Assembly (NCBI GenBank): GCA_965214605.1
Contig: OZ243961.1
Span: 4,000,001 to 4,064,000 of the forward strand
Reading direction: 5' to 3'
Length of the DNA stretch: 64,000 nt
Source of the DNA: an uncultured Candidatus Binatia bacterium
GTDB taxonomy: Bacteria; Desulfobacterota; Binatia; Bin18
The translations under genes were made by a program, and so were the position numbers. Positions 49,884 through 59,623 of this stretch are shown in pieces. The notes beneath the pieces are model-generated. The model did no database searches and was not told the DNA's origin. It saw only the letters and a program-made list of their open reading frames with translations. Position 1 is the stretch's first letter, and every line of letters begins with the position of its first letter.

Positions 49884-51245
49884 TTGCAGCTTAGTCAGAT
49901 TTTTGATCTGGACGTCGAGGATCTCTGGACAGCCGACGCGGTTGAGCTGACGGGACTGACCGGTCTGAAGGTGCGAGGTGTCCGCCTCGGCATTGTCTTA
50001 TACGAGGAATTTAAGCGAGGCCTCCTTGACCTCCACGCCAAGAGTCTCGTTTATACCACGCTTTTGTCCCTGGTTCCTTTTCTGGCGGTCAGCTTTTCGG
50101 TGCTGACCGCTTTTGGGGCAATTCGGGACATTGGACCGGTCCTCCAGCCATTTCTTGAACCACTGGGTGAAACGGGGAGCGAGGTCGTCATCGGCTGGGT
50201 GGTGGAATTTGTGAAAAACGTCCAGGTTGGCGTCTTGGGGGTGCTTGGCTTTTTCCTGTTATTCTATTTTGTGCTGTCTTTGGTGGGGAAAATTGAAGAT
50301 GCGCTGAACTACATTTGGCGTGTCCCGCGTGGGCGCCCGCTCGTCCGGCGTTTTACGGACTATCTGAGTGTTGTTCTGGTTGGACCGGCGCTTATCTTTA
50401 CCGCCTTGACCGTCATCGCGTCGGCCCGGCAATCGCGACTCGTCCAAAGCCTCCTTGCCCAATCTACGCTCGGCAATGTGTTCATTGCGCTGTCCTGGCT
50501 GACGCCCTTCCTCGTGCTGCTCGTCGTCTTTACCTTCCTGTATAAGTTTCTGCCTAATACCCCGGTCCGGTCGCGGTCCGCGGTCTTCGGAGGGGCGACC
50601 GCCAGCCTCTTATGGATTCTTGCCGGGACGGGCCTTACTGTTTTTGTCGCCGAAGCGCCGGACCGAGTCGCCATTTATCGGAGTTTTGCCGTTCCCATCG
50701 TCTTCTTTATCTGGCTCTATGTGAGCTGGTTTATCATTCTTGTTGGTGGTCTCGTCGCCTATGTGCACCAGCATGCTGAAGTGCGCTTTGAACGAGCGGT
50801 ACGCCGCCAGCGTGGAATCTTGGTGCAGATGCGGCTCGCCTTGTCAGCCCTAACGGCCATCACCCGTCGATATCTGGCCGGTGCTCCTCCCTGGCCGTTT
50901 CCCGACTTGGCAACAACGCTCCAGGTGTCACCGACCGAACTCGAAGAGGTGGTGGAAGCCTGTCTGCGAAGCGGATTTGTGTGTAGAACGGCCGAGCCTG
51001 AGGGGTTGATCTTGGCCCGTCCGCCGGAAGATATCACAGCTGCTGATGTGTGTGCCGTCATTGAACAGGCAGATGAGATTTCAGCCGGTGGGGAGGCGGA
51101 AGATCGACTGACGCAACTCCTTGGGCAACGCACTCAGGCTATCCGGGCGAGCCTCCAGGGCGTGAATCTGCGGTCTTTAGCGTTGAGCGTCGGCACGACG
51201 GAACCCGCTACGACGGCCGACGCAGAAGCGCACGGCCAGAACTAG
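49884..51245 (+). CDS. YihY/BrkB family membrane protein (second copy)
   Basis: SLVYTTLLSLVP, IEDALNYIWRV, IYRSFA, WLYVSWFIILVG, LARPPEDIT. Confidence 0.85.
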   Translation: MQLSQIFDLDVEDLWTADAVELTGLTGLKVRGVRLGIVLYEEFKRGLLDLHAKSLVYTTLLSLVPFLAVSFSVLTAFGAIRDIGPVLQPFLEPLGETGSEVVIGWVVEFVKNVQVGVLGVLGFFLLFYFVLSLVGKIEDALNYIWRVPRGRPLVRRFTDYLSVVLVGPALIFTALTVIASARQSRLVQSLLAQSTLGNVFIALSWLTPFLVLLVVFTFLYKFLPNTPVRSRSAVFGGATASLLWILAGTGLTVFVAEAPDRVAIYRSFAVPIVFFIWLYVSWFIILVGGLVAYVHQHAEVRFERAVRRQRGILVQMRLALSALTAITRRYLAGAPPWPFPDLATTLQVSPTELEEVVEACLRSGFVCRTAEPEGLILARPPEDITAADVCAVIEQADEISAGGEAEDRLTQLLGQRTQAIRASLQGVNLRSLALSVGTTEPATTADAEAHGQN

Positions 51246-51469
51246 CCCACCTGACCGCTTTAGGAACGGACTGCGCTGGGCGAAGGGCACTCGTCTCGAT
51301 GTCGACAGATTGCCTTGCGCCGGCCTGTGGGCTACACTCGCCTCGCCCCTGACGAGGGCAAGGAGTTAGATATGCAAGGATCTTTGCGGTCGGGTGGCCA
51401 TGGTTCGCGGTGGGACCAACACCATTGGCCCGGCACCCGCCCCGCTCTTGACGGCAGAGGGGATGCGTC

Positions 51470-52804
51470 TTGCTCTGCCCGATCTTTTCGAGCGTATTGG
51501 CTGTGCGTTTGAGAGCTGAGAGGCTGGCAGCAATTGGGCTGGGCCGGCCCGAGTTGCGCGCCTGGGCGCTGTACGACTGGGCCAATTCGGCTTTTTTCAC
51601 CACTGTCGTCGCAGCCGTCTTTCCGGTCTATTTTAGTTCGGTTGCGGCGGCCGGTGTACCGCCTAGCGTAGCCACCGCTCGCTACGCCGCGATGACCACC
51701 GTCGCCCTGGTGCTCATCGCGGTGGCCGCGCCGATCCTCGGCGCCTGGGCCGATGCCGCTGCCATACGCAAGAGACTCCTCACCGTCTTTCTTGGCTGTG
51801 GGGTGGGAGCCACGGCAGGGATGGGCGGGATATATAGCGGCGACTGGCAGCTCGCCTCGGTTCTGTTTGTGATCGCCAATATCGGAGTGTCCGGCAGCAT
51901 CATTTTCTACGACGCTCTGCTCCCCCATCTGGCCCGCACGGAGGAGATTGATCAGGTCTCGACCGCTGGCTACGCGCTTGGCTATCTGGGTGGCGGACTG
52001 CTGTTAGCCCTCAACTTGGCCTGGATCCAGTTTCCACACTGGTTCGGCATTGCCGATGCCGCTGCCGCTAGCCGCCTCTCTTTTGTGAGTGTGGCAATAT
52101 GGTGGCTGGTGTTCTCGGTGCCCCTGTTGCGCCGGGTCACCGAACCGGGCCGTTCGCCTCGCAGACGGTTCGGCCACGCTTTGGGTGGCCTTGTCGGCCG
52201 TCTCCGCCACTCTGGTGGCGAGCTCCGGGTGTACAAAAACGCCGGGCTCTTGCTGCTGGCCTTTGTCATCTATAACGACGGGGTCGGCACGATTATCCGT
52301 ATGGCGGCCATCTATGGTACCGAGATGGGGCTGTCACAGGGAGTGCTGATATCGGCTGTTCTGCTGGTCCAATTCATTGGCATTCCGGCCGCCTTTGGTT
52401 TTGGCCGTTTGGCGGCACAAATCGGCGCCAAGGCTGGTATCTTCCTGGCCTTGGGCGTGTATATGATCGTGAGTGTGGTTGGCTATTTCATGTCCACGGC
52501 TTTCCACTTCTACCTGATGGCGATTTTGGTTGGCCTGGTCCAGGGAGGCTGTCAGGCGCTCAGTCGTTCACTCTTCGCCAGACTGATTCCACGCCAGCGC
52601 TCAACCGAGTTCTTCGGCTTTTTTGCTGTGTGCGAGAAATTCGCTGGCATTTTCGGACCGGCTGTTTTTGCTATACTAACGCTGGCAACGGGATCGAGTC
52701 GGACGGCTATTCTGGCACTGGTGGTGTTTTTTGCCGTGGGTGGGTTGCTGCTGTACTGTGTTGACGTGGAGGAGGGCCAGCGAGCGGCACGGTCCGGACG
52801 CTGA
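51470..52804 (+). CDS. MFS transporter, UMF1/Atg22-like family
   Basis: RAWALYDWANSAF, FYDALLP, GYALGYLGG, YNDGVGTII, QALSRSLF, EFFGFF. Start approximate. Confidence 0.85.
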   Translation: MLCPIFSSVLAVRLRAERLAAIGLGRPELRAWALYDWANSAFFTTVVAAVFPVYFSSVAAAGVPPSVATARYAAMTTVALVLIAVAAPILGAWADAAAIRKRLLTVFLGCGVGATAGMGGIYSGDWQLASVLFVIANIGVSGSIIFYDALLPHLARTEEIDQVSTAGYALGYLGGGLLLALNLAWIQFPHWFGIADAAAASRLSFVSVAIWWLVFSVPLLRRVTEPGRSPRRRFGHALGGLVGRLRHSGGELRVYKNAGLLLLAFVIYNDGVGTIIRMAAIYGTEMGLSQGVLISAVLLVQFIGIPAAFGFGRLAAQIGAKAGIFLALGVYMIVSVVGYFMSTAFHFYLMAILVGLVQGGCQALSRSLFARLIPRQRSTEFFGFFAVCEKFAGIFGPAVFAILTLATGSSRTAILALVVFFAVGGLLLYCVDVEEGQRAARSGR

Positions 52805-52907
52805 GACCGACTAGCCACTGTTTGCACTTGAGGCCGCGCCCTGGTGTTGGCCTGACGGTTCTTGTAGACCTAACGGCTGAGAATACACACTGGGGAAAGT
52901 AGAGGAC

Positions 52908-55100
52908 ATGGATCGCTCCCTTGGAGAGACCCCCCCGCTGAGCGCGGCTGAGTCTGTTCTGCTGTCTGCCGTTTTGGCCCGTCTCCCGTCTCTGCAGCGT
53001 GAGGCCCTGGCCGAGCTCTTGCCGCAGACCTGTCGGCTGTTGGCGGCCGAGCTTCGGGCTCCAGTCTTGACGTGTGTCCAGACTGTGGCGGCTGTCAATC
53101 CCGGACCGCTGCCTGCGCTCCTCGCTCTAATTGGACCGACCCTCAACCGCTTGGCCGTGTCGAGTCGCCTGCCCATTGTGGAGCGGATTGTGCAGCTGGC
53201 CGAAGTGTTTCCCGCCGGCGTGCCGGCCCTGTTCCGCAGTCTGGGCCGGGCCTATGACGCGGCTGGTGAGGAGGGGGTGCTGTGCTGGATCGGCGTGGGG
53301 CAGGAGATTGGCCGTCACAATGCGCAGGCCGGACAGGCTTTTTTTGCGCTGCGCTCACAGACCGGTCAGCTGACCCTGCGCGGCGTCCCGCCGGTCGTCT
53401 GGTTGGCCGAAATCCAAGCCGTGTTGTTGAAATTCCTGCACATGTTGAGCGACACGAGCAGCGGCTTTGTCGAGACCCCACTGCTCTTTGTACCGCCGCC
53501 TCTGGCCGAAGAGGAGCGGATTCCGCTGCCGGCGTGTGTTGATCACTTCTCAACTTACGAGGAAAATTTTCGCCTCTACCGGGTTCTGGTGGCCCACCAG
53601 GCCGGGCGTCTGGTGTTTGGCACCTACGACTGTGTGCCGTCGGCGCTATGGGAGTCCTTCCCGCCCTACGTTCACAGTCTGCTGGATGAGGGCGCGGTCC
53701 GACCCCAGACGTGTGCTCCCTACTTCGCGCTGTTTCCCCGGGCTGATTTAATCGAAGATCTCTTTCTGTGTCTCGAAGCCGGGCGTATAGCTGCCCGAAT
53801 GACGACCCACTACCGGGGCCTGGCCGACGATCTGCGCTGGGCTGCGGGGCTGACCGAACTCCAGCCGGCTGTACCCGCGGCTTTGTTGTCCGAAATTCCG
53901 GCCGATGAGTTTAAAGAGCTTGAACAAATTGGGACGGCCTCGGACTCCCTAGTCTGGGCGTCTCGCTTGTACGCCCAGTTTTTACAAGACGAGCAGCCGC
54001 CCGACGGCCCCGCATTGGTCACTGATAGAGATTTTGACCAGGCGCCCGAGCAAGCTGCGGCATTCATGACCGGGGTGAATCTGAGTCGGGAAGGGGCTGG
54101 GGAGTCCGAAGCCGAACGGATCGCCCGACGGCGGGGACGGACGGCCCGTGATCTCCACTATGTGTACGACGAGTGGGATTATGAAATTGGAGATTATCGT
54201 TCCCACTGGTGTGAGCTGCGCGAAGTTGGTTTGGCAGAGGATAACGGCGCTTTTTTTTCACGCACGCTGGCCACCTATGCCGAGTTAACCCCGGACATCA
54301 AACGCCAGTTTCAGCGTCTTCGCCCCAAGATGTTTCATCCGGTCACGGGTCTGGAAGACGGGGAAGAGGTTGATCTGAACGCCGTGGTCGCCGCACGGGT
54401 CGACCGCCGCCGAGGGCACGCGCCCTCGCCAAAGCTGTACCTGGCCAGACAACAGGTCAAGCGCGATGTTGGTGTCCTGTTTCTGGTCGATCTGAGCGCC
54501 TCAACCGCGGCCGAGTTGCCCGATACCTTGACGCGGGAGGGGACGGTTCAGCGGCGTAAACCGCGGGTGATCGACGTGATCAAAGAAGCGTTGGTCCTCC
54601 TGTCCGTCGCCCTGGAAGAGCTCGGCGACTCGTATGCTATCTACGGCTTCTCGAGTCGCGGCCGCCAGGACGTCGAGGTCTACCCGGTCAAGACGTTTCG
54701 GGACGCGCTGAGCGCCGAGGTAAAGGGCCGCATTGGGGCGCTGAGCCCGCAGGGCAGCACCCGGATGGGAACCGCGGTACGTCACGCCACCCGTAAGCTG
54801 AAAGATCTCGCCAGCCGCGCCAAGCTGCTGGTGCTGTTGAGCGATGGCTATCCGGAAGATCCGGGTTATGGCAAGCCGGTTGTACCGCCGATGTACGGGC
54901 TGCGCGATACGCTGATGGCTTTTCGGGAAGCCGAGCGGAGCGGTATTCTGCCCTACTGTGTAACCGTTGATCAGGGCGGGCATGACTATCTACAGAAAAT
55001 GTGCGCCCCGTCGCGCTATATGGTCCTCGACGATATTCTGTCCTTGCCAACCGAGTTGCCCAAGATTTACCAGCGCTATATCTGGTCGCAGTGGTTGTAG
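52908..55100 (+). CDS. NorD/CbbO-like VWA-domain protein
   Basis: YDEWDYEIGDYR, GLEDGEEVDL, MIDAS DLSAST, STRMGTAVRHA, LSDGYP. Confidence 0.85.
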   Translation: MDRSLGETPPLSAAESVLLSAVLARLPSLQREALAELLPQTCRLLAAELRAPVLTCVQTVAAVNPGPLPALLALIGPTLNRLAVSSRLPIVERIVQLAEVFPAGVPALFRSLGRAYDAAGEEGVLCWIGVGQEIGRHNAQAGQAFFALRSQTGQLTLRGVPPVVWLAEIQAVLLKFLHMLSDTSSGFVETPLLFVPPPLAEEERIPLPACVDHFSTYEENFRLYRVLVAHQAGRLVFGTYDCVPSALWESFPPYVHSLLDEGAVRPQTCAPYFALFPRADLIEDLFLCLEAGRIAARMTTHYRGLADDLRWAAGLTELQPAVPAALLSEIPADEFKELEQIGTASDSLVWASRLYAQFLQDEQPPDGPALVTDRDFDQAPEQAAAFMTGVNLSREGAGESEAERIARRRGRTARDLHYVYDEWDYEIGDYRSHWCELREVGLAEDNGAFFSRTLATYAELTPDIKRQFQRLRPKMFHPVTGLEDGEEVDLNAVVAARVDRRRGHAPSPKLYLARQQVKRDVGVLFLVDLSASTAAELPDTLTREGTVQRRKPRVIDVIKEALVLLSVALEELGDSYAIYGFSSRGRQDVEVYPVKTFRDALSAEVKGRIGALSPQGSTRMGTAVRHATRKLKDLASRAKLLVLLSDGYPEDPGYGKPVVPPMYGLRDTLMAFREAERSGILPYCVTVDQGGHDYLQKMCAPSRYMVLDDILSLPTELPKIYQRYIWSQWL

Positions 55101-55333
55101 ACCGAGCTGGCCGAGTGGGGGCTGAACCGTCACCTCGGGTGTCCCGACTGTTGGTGGTGCTTCAGTTTGCATGTTCCTCTCACTCCCAACCCACCCCTAG
55201 TGAGGCGGCGGATCGGGGCTGCCGGACCGGAACCGGACGACGTCAAGGCAAGGCACCTCCCGGCTCTCTCTTGCCCTTTTGCCAGACTTCTTATACATCC
55301 ACAGTCAAACTCTTGCTGATGGGTAAAGGGAAG

Positions 55334-58060
55334 ATGACATTTGGAGATACCGCTGGCCTTGATCAGAGCCGCTTGAGCGAGACTGCGCAGCACCGGCTAA
55401 CCGCTCTCCTTGATGATCTACCCGTGGCCTGGCAGACGGAGTTGCTCGATGCGCTGGGACAGGTGGAGACGACCACGCTTGAGCACTGGCTGCACAGTCA
55501 TCATTTACGCAGCTGGGTGGAACATGGCGGCCGGGGCTTGACCCTGGACCGAGGCAAGAACAAACATCTGGCGTCGGCCTTTTTTCAGGCCACCCCACAG
55601 GTTTTACCCGGACTGAGCCAGGGCGACCTAAACGAGTGGTCCCGCCTAGCGTTTGATATTGGTGGGGTTGATCCATCGCAGGTATTTACCAGCCTGCCGG
55701 ACGGCTTGACCGAACTAGAGCAGTCTGAGCGACTGAGCTGTTATCGGCTCGTCCGCAACTCGGTGTACCATTCGCCAGCGGCCGCAGTCGCGCTATACCG
55801 GGCCCTGCCCCGCGCGTGCGAAATGATTCCGGCTGAGCTGCGGGCGACCTATTTACGCTGTCTCCAGGCTGGGGTGAGCTTCGACCCCGAACCCTTGCCG
55901 GTATCAGTGACCCTGTTTAGCTCGACACTGCGTTCCCTACCTCTAGAGACGTGTCGCACGCTGTTGGAACGGATCAGTCAGCTGGCCCAATTTGTTCCAA
56001 CCGGCGTCGCTCGGCTGTTCCGGGTGTTAGGCCAAGCCTATGATGAGGTTGGCGAACAGGGCGTATTGGGCTGGATCACGACCGGTGAAGAGCTGGCCCG
56101 ACGTCGGCCCGAAGCCGCAGAGGCGTATTTTGCCCTAGAGTCCCGGACCAGCATGCTGATGCTACGCGGGAAGGTCCCGGCTGTCATGCTGAGCGATGTG
56201 CACGGTGTGCTGCTGAAATATCTGCACATGTTGGGCGGCACGATGTACAGCCTATCCGAGACCGAAACGCTGAGCTTTCCGCCACCCCTCGGTTTAGAGG
56301 ACGAGGACATGTTGCCCCTACCGATGTGGGTTGAGGCCTTTCCCACGTATGAAGAAAATTTTCGTCTGTTACGCGTCATGGCCGCCCAGCAGGCCGGCCG
56401 GGTAGCGTGCGGGACATATGCGATTGATATCGTCGATCTGTGGCCGTCTTTGCCCCCCTACGTCCATTTGCTGTTAGCGTTAGGAGCTGAGCCGCCGGAT
56501 AATCTGTTCGATTTTTTCCAACTCTTTCCGCAGCCCAGACAGGTCGAGGCGCTGTTTATGTATATCGAGAGCAGACGGGTAGCGGCTCAACTCACCGCCG
56601 CGTACCAGGGCTTGCGAGAGGATCTGGCCTGGGCAGACGAACAGACCCAGCTCTACCCGGCGGCGCTGTCAATGCTCCTGCCGCGCCTGCCCAAGGCTTT
56701 GTGGCCTGACCTGACGAAGGACGGATCGGCCGACGAGTCGTTGCTGCTGGCCACCGAATTGTACGCGCATGTGATGGACAGCTCTGCCCGGCCGCAACTG
56801 GCAGAGCTGTCTCAGTCAAAAAAAGAACAGTTGACCGAGTTGGTGGAAGACGAGTCGGCCCGCTTTGTGCCCATGGAGGACGAGTTGAACCAAGGGCCGC
56901 GTAGTGCCGAGAGTCTGTCGGCCGAAGAACAGGCCATGCTGCGCAAGATCGTTGCTCGGCTCAGCAAACACCAGAAGGAACGCCGCCGCCCTCAACCGCG
57001 TTCTGAAAATGGCAAATCCTTCACCTTATTTAGCGATCTGGACGAAGAAGGCGCTGAGGAAGAGCTGTTCGAGCCCAAACAGAAAAAGGCCAAGAACCGC
57101 CGGCGGCTTACCTCGGCCGGGGTGCGGTATGTGTATGATGAATGGGATTTCTTGATCGACGACTATCGCTCACACTGGTGTGATTTACGCGAGGTGCCCT
57201 TGGTCGGCGATGAAGGCGTCTTTTTTACCAGCACTATGACCGCCTACGGCGATGTGATGAAGGAGATCAAGCGCGAGTTTCAGCGCTTACGGCCAAAGCT
57301 GTACCATAAGGTCAAGGGCCTGGAAGATGGGGAAGAGATTGATCTGGAAGCTGCGGTTGGCGCGCGGGTTGATCTGATTACCGGAGTGGCGCCTTCCACC
57401 AAGATCTATGCCGCCCGTCAGCCGACCGACCGGGATGTCTCGGCTCTGTTTTTGTTAGACCTGAGCGCCTCGACCGATGCGCGGATACCGGTCGCCGCAG
57501 CCGAGGGTGAGCCCGAGGAGATGCGAATTATTGATATCCTCAAAGAATCGGTCGTGCTGTTGTCCTCAGCTCTAGAAGAGATTGGTGATACGTATGCGAT
57601 TTACGGCTTCTCGAGCAGCGGACGGAAGAATGTTGATGTCTATCCGGTCAAAACCTTTGTCGAGTCCTTATCCTCAGATGTCAAAGGCCGCATCAGTGCC
57701 CTGGCTCCCCAACGCAGTACGCGCATGGGGGCGGCTGTCCGACACGCCACGCGTAAGCTGAAAGACCTCTCGAGTCGTGGCAAGATTCTCATCCTGCTGA
57801 GTGACGGCTACCCCGAAGACGCTGACTATGGCCGTGAGCCCCATACGCCAACGTACGGCATTCGAGACACGATGATGGCTCTCCGCGAGGCGGAAAGAAG
57901 CGGCATCCTGTCATTCTGCATCACGGTTGATAAAGGTGGCTATGACTATCTACGGGAGATGTGTGCGCCGTCGCGCTATCTGGTCATTGAAGACGTACTG
58001 TCGCTGCCGTCTCAGCTGCCCAAGATCTACCAGCGCCACATCCGAACCCAAGAATTGTAG
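55334..58060 (+). CDS. NorD/CbbO-like VWA-domain protein (longer paralog)
   Basis: YDEWDFLIDDYR, GLEDGEEIDL, DLSAST, STRMGAAVRHA, LSDGYP. Start placed at ATG 55334 (purine-rich RBS) rather than the ORF-track start, which overlaps the upstream gene. Confidence 0.85.
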   Translation: MTFGDTAGLDQSRLSETAQHRLTALLDDLPVAWQTELLDALGQVETTTLEHWLHSHHLRSWVEHGGRGLTLDRGKNKHLASAFFQATPQVLPGLSQGDLNEWSRLAFDIGGVDPSQVFTSLPDGLTELEQSERLSCYRLVRNSVYHSPAAAVALYRALPRACEMIPAELRATYLRCLQAGVSFDPEPLPVSVTLFSSTLRSLPLETCRTLLERISQLAQFVPTGVARLFRVLGQAYDEVGEQGVLGWITTGEELARRRPEAAEAYFALESRTSMLMLRGKVPAVMLSDVHGVLLKYLHMLGGTMYSLSETETLSFPPPLGLEDEDMLPLPMWVEAFPTYEENFRLLRVMAAQQAGRVACGTYAIDIVDLWPSLPPYVHLLLALGAEPPDNLFDFFQLFPQPRQVEALFMYIESRRVAAQLTAAYQGLREDLAWADEQTQLYPAALSMLLPRLPKALWPDLTKDGSADESLLLATELYAHVMDSSARPQLAELSQSKKEQLTELVEDESARFVPMEDELNQGPRSAESLSAEEQAMLRKIVARLSKHQKERRRPQPRSENGKSFTLFSDLDEEGAEEELFEPKQKKAKNRRRLTSAGVRYVYDEWDFLIDDYRSHWCDLREVPLVGDEGVFFTSTMTAYGDVMKEIKREFQRLRPKLYHKVKGLEDGEEIDLEAAVGARVDLITGVAPSTKIYAARQPTDRDVSALFLLDLSASTDARIPVAAAEGEPEEMRIIDILKESVVLLSSALEEIGDTYAIYGFSSSGRKNVDVYPVKTFVESLSSDVKGRISALAPQRSTRMGAAVRHATRKLKDLSSRGKILILLSDGYPEDADYGREPHTPTYGIRDTMMALREAERSGILSFCITVDKGGYDYLREMCAPSRYLVIEDVLSLPSQLPKIYQRHIRTQEL

Positions 58061-58130
58061 CATAAAGAGTCGCAAAGAGAATTGACCCTTCGGTGGTTAC
58101 TTTTGGGACTTATAGACCTGTGTACCAAAA

Positions 58131-58295
58131 TCAACCCGATTGCCGCGTCCGTGTCCGCCCCGTCGCGGCCTCATAATCCCAGTGGTTCTTAGACTTTACG
58201 CCAAGTACGACTTCCGCTAGCCGCTCCGGTGCGGCGTCGCTCCGCTCCGGCATAGAGTACTTGGTGGGGCGGCCCTTTGGTTTCTTCGGTTTCAT
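58131..58295 (-). CDS. Small basic hypothetical protein (54 aa)
   Basis: AAGGAG RBS; MKPKKPKGRPTKYSMPERSDAAPERLAEVVLGVKSKNHWDYE...; below the ORF-track length cutoff. Confidence 0.45.
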   Translation of the reverse strand: MKPKKPKGRPTKYSMPERSDAAPERLAEVVLGVKSKNHWDYEAATGRTRTRQSG

Positions 58296-58309
58296 GCCAG
58301 TGCTCCTTC

Positions 58310-58443
58310 TTTCCCTTCACATACCCCAGGTTCTTATTCTCTCGGCGTAACCCGCTCAGCGTAACCCGCTTGCTCTTGAGCTTATTGTACGGCCCACACA
58401 ACAAGATACGGTTTGAAATATGATTCAATCCGCCGTCCGACCG
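58310..58443 (-). pseudogene. HNH endonuclease 3' remnant
   Basis: RSDGGLNHISNRILLCGPYNKLKS corresponds to the HNH pattern (GG...N...LC..CN..KS) with the second Cys lost; the 5' part is missing. Confidence 0.6.
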
Positions 58444-58731
58444 TTACGGCGCTGTATGGCAGTCGGTGTTCGCCGGCAAAGGCTAAAAGCGGTGGTTTTG
58501 ACCTGATTCCTGGGTCTGGGGCCAGGAATGCCGCGGCCGACCACAAGGCCGAGCTGGGAAAGAACCAAGTAAGATGACTACCCAAGACGGCTGGGTGTAT
58601 CTGACGAAGAACGTTTGAGGAGGTAATGGAAGTCTGCTGCGCAGCATCCTCAAGCTGATGTACTGGAGGCCATTCCGTTTTCCTCAAGGTGGACTTGGGC
58701 GATGCGAAACGATCTAATCTGTGCTTCCCTC

Positions 58732-58760
58732 TTGACGTATAGTTTATATATAACTAAACT
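58732..58760 (+). promoter_or_regulatory. Sigma70-type promoter with overlapping inverted repeat (putative antitoxin operator)
   Basis: TTGACG-17 nt-TAAACT; inverted repeat AGTTTA-N8-TAAACT at 58741-58760. Confidence 0.65.
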
Positions 58761-58802
58761 TTTTCTACCTGCGCTGAAGGAGGAAGAGGAGGGGAGGATG
58801 TT

Positions 58803-59192
58803 TTGACACAAATTGCTGCTGATGGGAAATGGGGAAGGGTCGAGTGGGCGAGCGACAAAAACGGAGATATGCCCGCGCGGGATTATTATTTGGATCTTCC
58901 CGATAAAGACAAAGCAAAAATCGGTGCTCTTTTTCAACTTTTTGCTAATCAAGGAGTTGTTCAAAACAGGGAGAAATTCAAAAAACTGGGAAGCAAGGCG
59001 AAGGGGAAAGGCTCAGAATTATGGGAGTTTAAAAGCTTTCAACATCGTTTTCTCGGTGATTATCGGCAAAAAGGACGCTTTATTATCGCGCATGCGCTTC
59101 GGAAAAAAAGCGATAATCTGCCAAAATCTGCTATCGCAAGAGCCGTTCGCATTCTCCAAGAAAACGATCAACGAGAGGAAGGAACGCCATGA
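58803..59192 (+). CDS. RelE/ParE-superfamily toxin (HigB/Gp49-like)
   Basis: PARDYYLDL, EKFKKL, LWEFKS...RFL, IIAHALRKKSDNLPKSAIARA; toxin-first order; TTG start after a strong purine RBS. Confidence 0.8.
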   Translation: MTQIAADGKWGRVEWASDKNGDMPARDYYLDLPDKDKAKIGALFQLFANQGVVQNREKFKKLGSKAKGKGSELWEFKSFQHRFLGDYRQKGRFIIAHALRKKSDNLPKSAIARAVRILQENDQREEGTP

Positions 59193-59623
59193 ATCGACCT
59201 TACACGGACTATGAACTTTTTGAGCAATCCTCAGCTCGCAACAGACGGCTTCTGCGCGAGGAAGAGCTGATCCTAGAGGTGACAGAAGCGGTTAGCGCGG
59301 TGATGCAGGAAGAGGGCATCTCCAAATCTCAGCTTGCAAAGCGCTTGGGAAAAACCAAAGGATTCATTTCCCAGCTCTTATCGGGCGGACGGAACCTGAC
59401 CCTGCGGACACTCGCCAGACTTGTTGATGCATTGGGGTATCGTGTCACCATTACGGTCTCCAAAGATCGTGACAGAATGTCTGTCAGCAGCGAGTCTCCT
59501 GACCTGAGAGTCAGCAACATCGAATCTTGGTCTGCTCCCTGGCCTCAGCCACCAACTCGGATGGAATCCGGCTTCAGTATTCCTCATCAAGAGTCGGTGG
59601 AGAGCTATGGAGTAGCAGCATGA
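59189..59623 (+). CDS. HigA-like XRE/HTH antitoxin with C-terminal extension (ChAD-like)
   Basis: GISKSQLAKRLGKTKGFISQLLSGGRNLTLRTLARLVDALG; ~50-aa tail ending YGVAA; ATGA overlaps on both sides. Confidence 0.85.
   Translation: MNRPYTDYELFEQSSARNRRLLREEELILEVTEAVSAVMQEEGISKSQLAKRLGKTKGFISQLLSGGRNLTLRTLARLVDALGYRVTITVSKDRDRMSVSSESPDLRVSNIESWSAPWPQPPTRMESGFSIPHQESVESYGVAA

Noticed and set aside
55001-55333. N-terminal ~110 aa of the 1019-aa ORF
   Set aside because: Overlaps the upstream VWA gene in another frame and reads as non-protein-like; a better start with an RBS lies at 55334.
59527-59619. Extended start of the SecB-like ORF
   Set aside because: Lies inside the antitoxin gene; the ATGA-coupled start at 59620 is more plausible.
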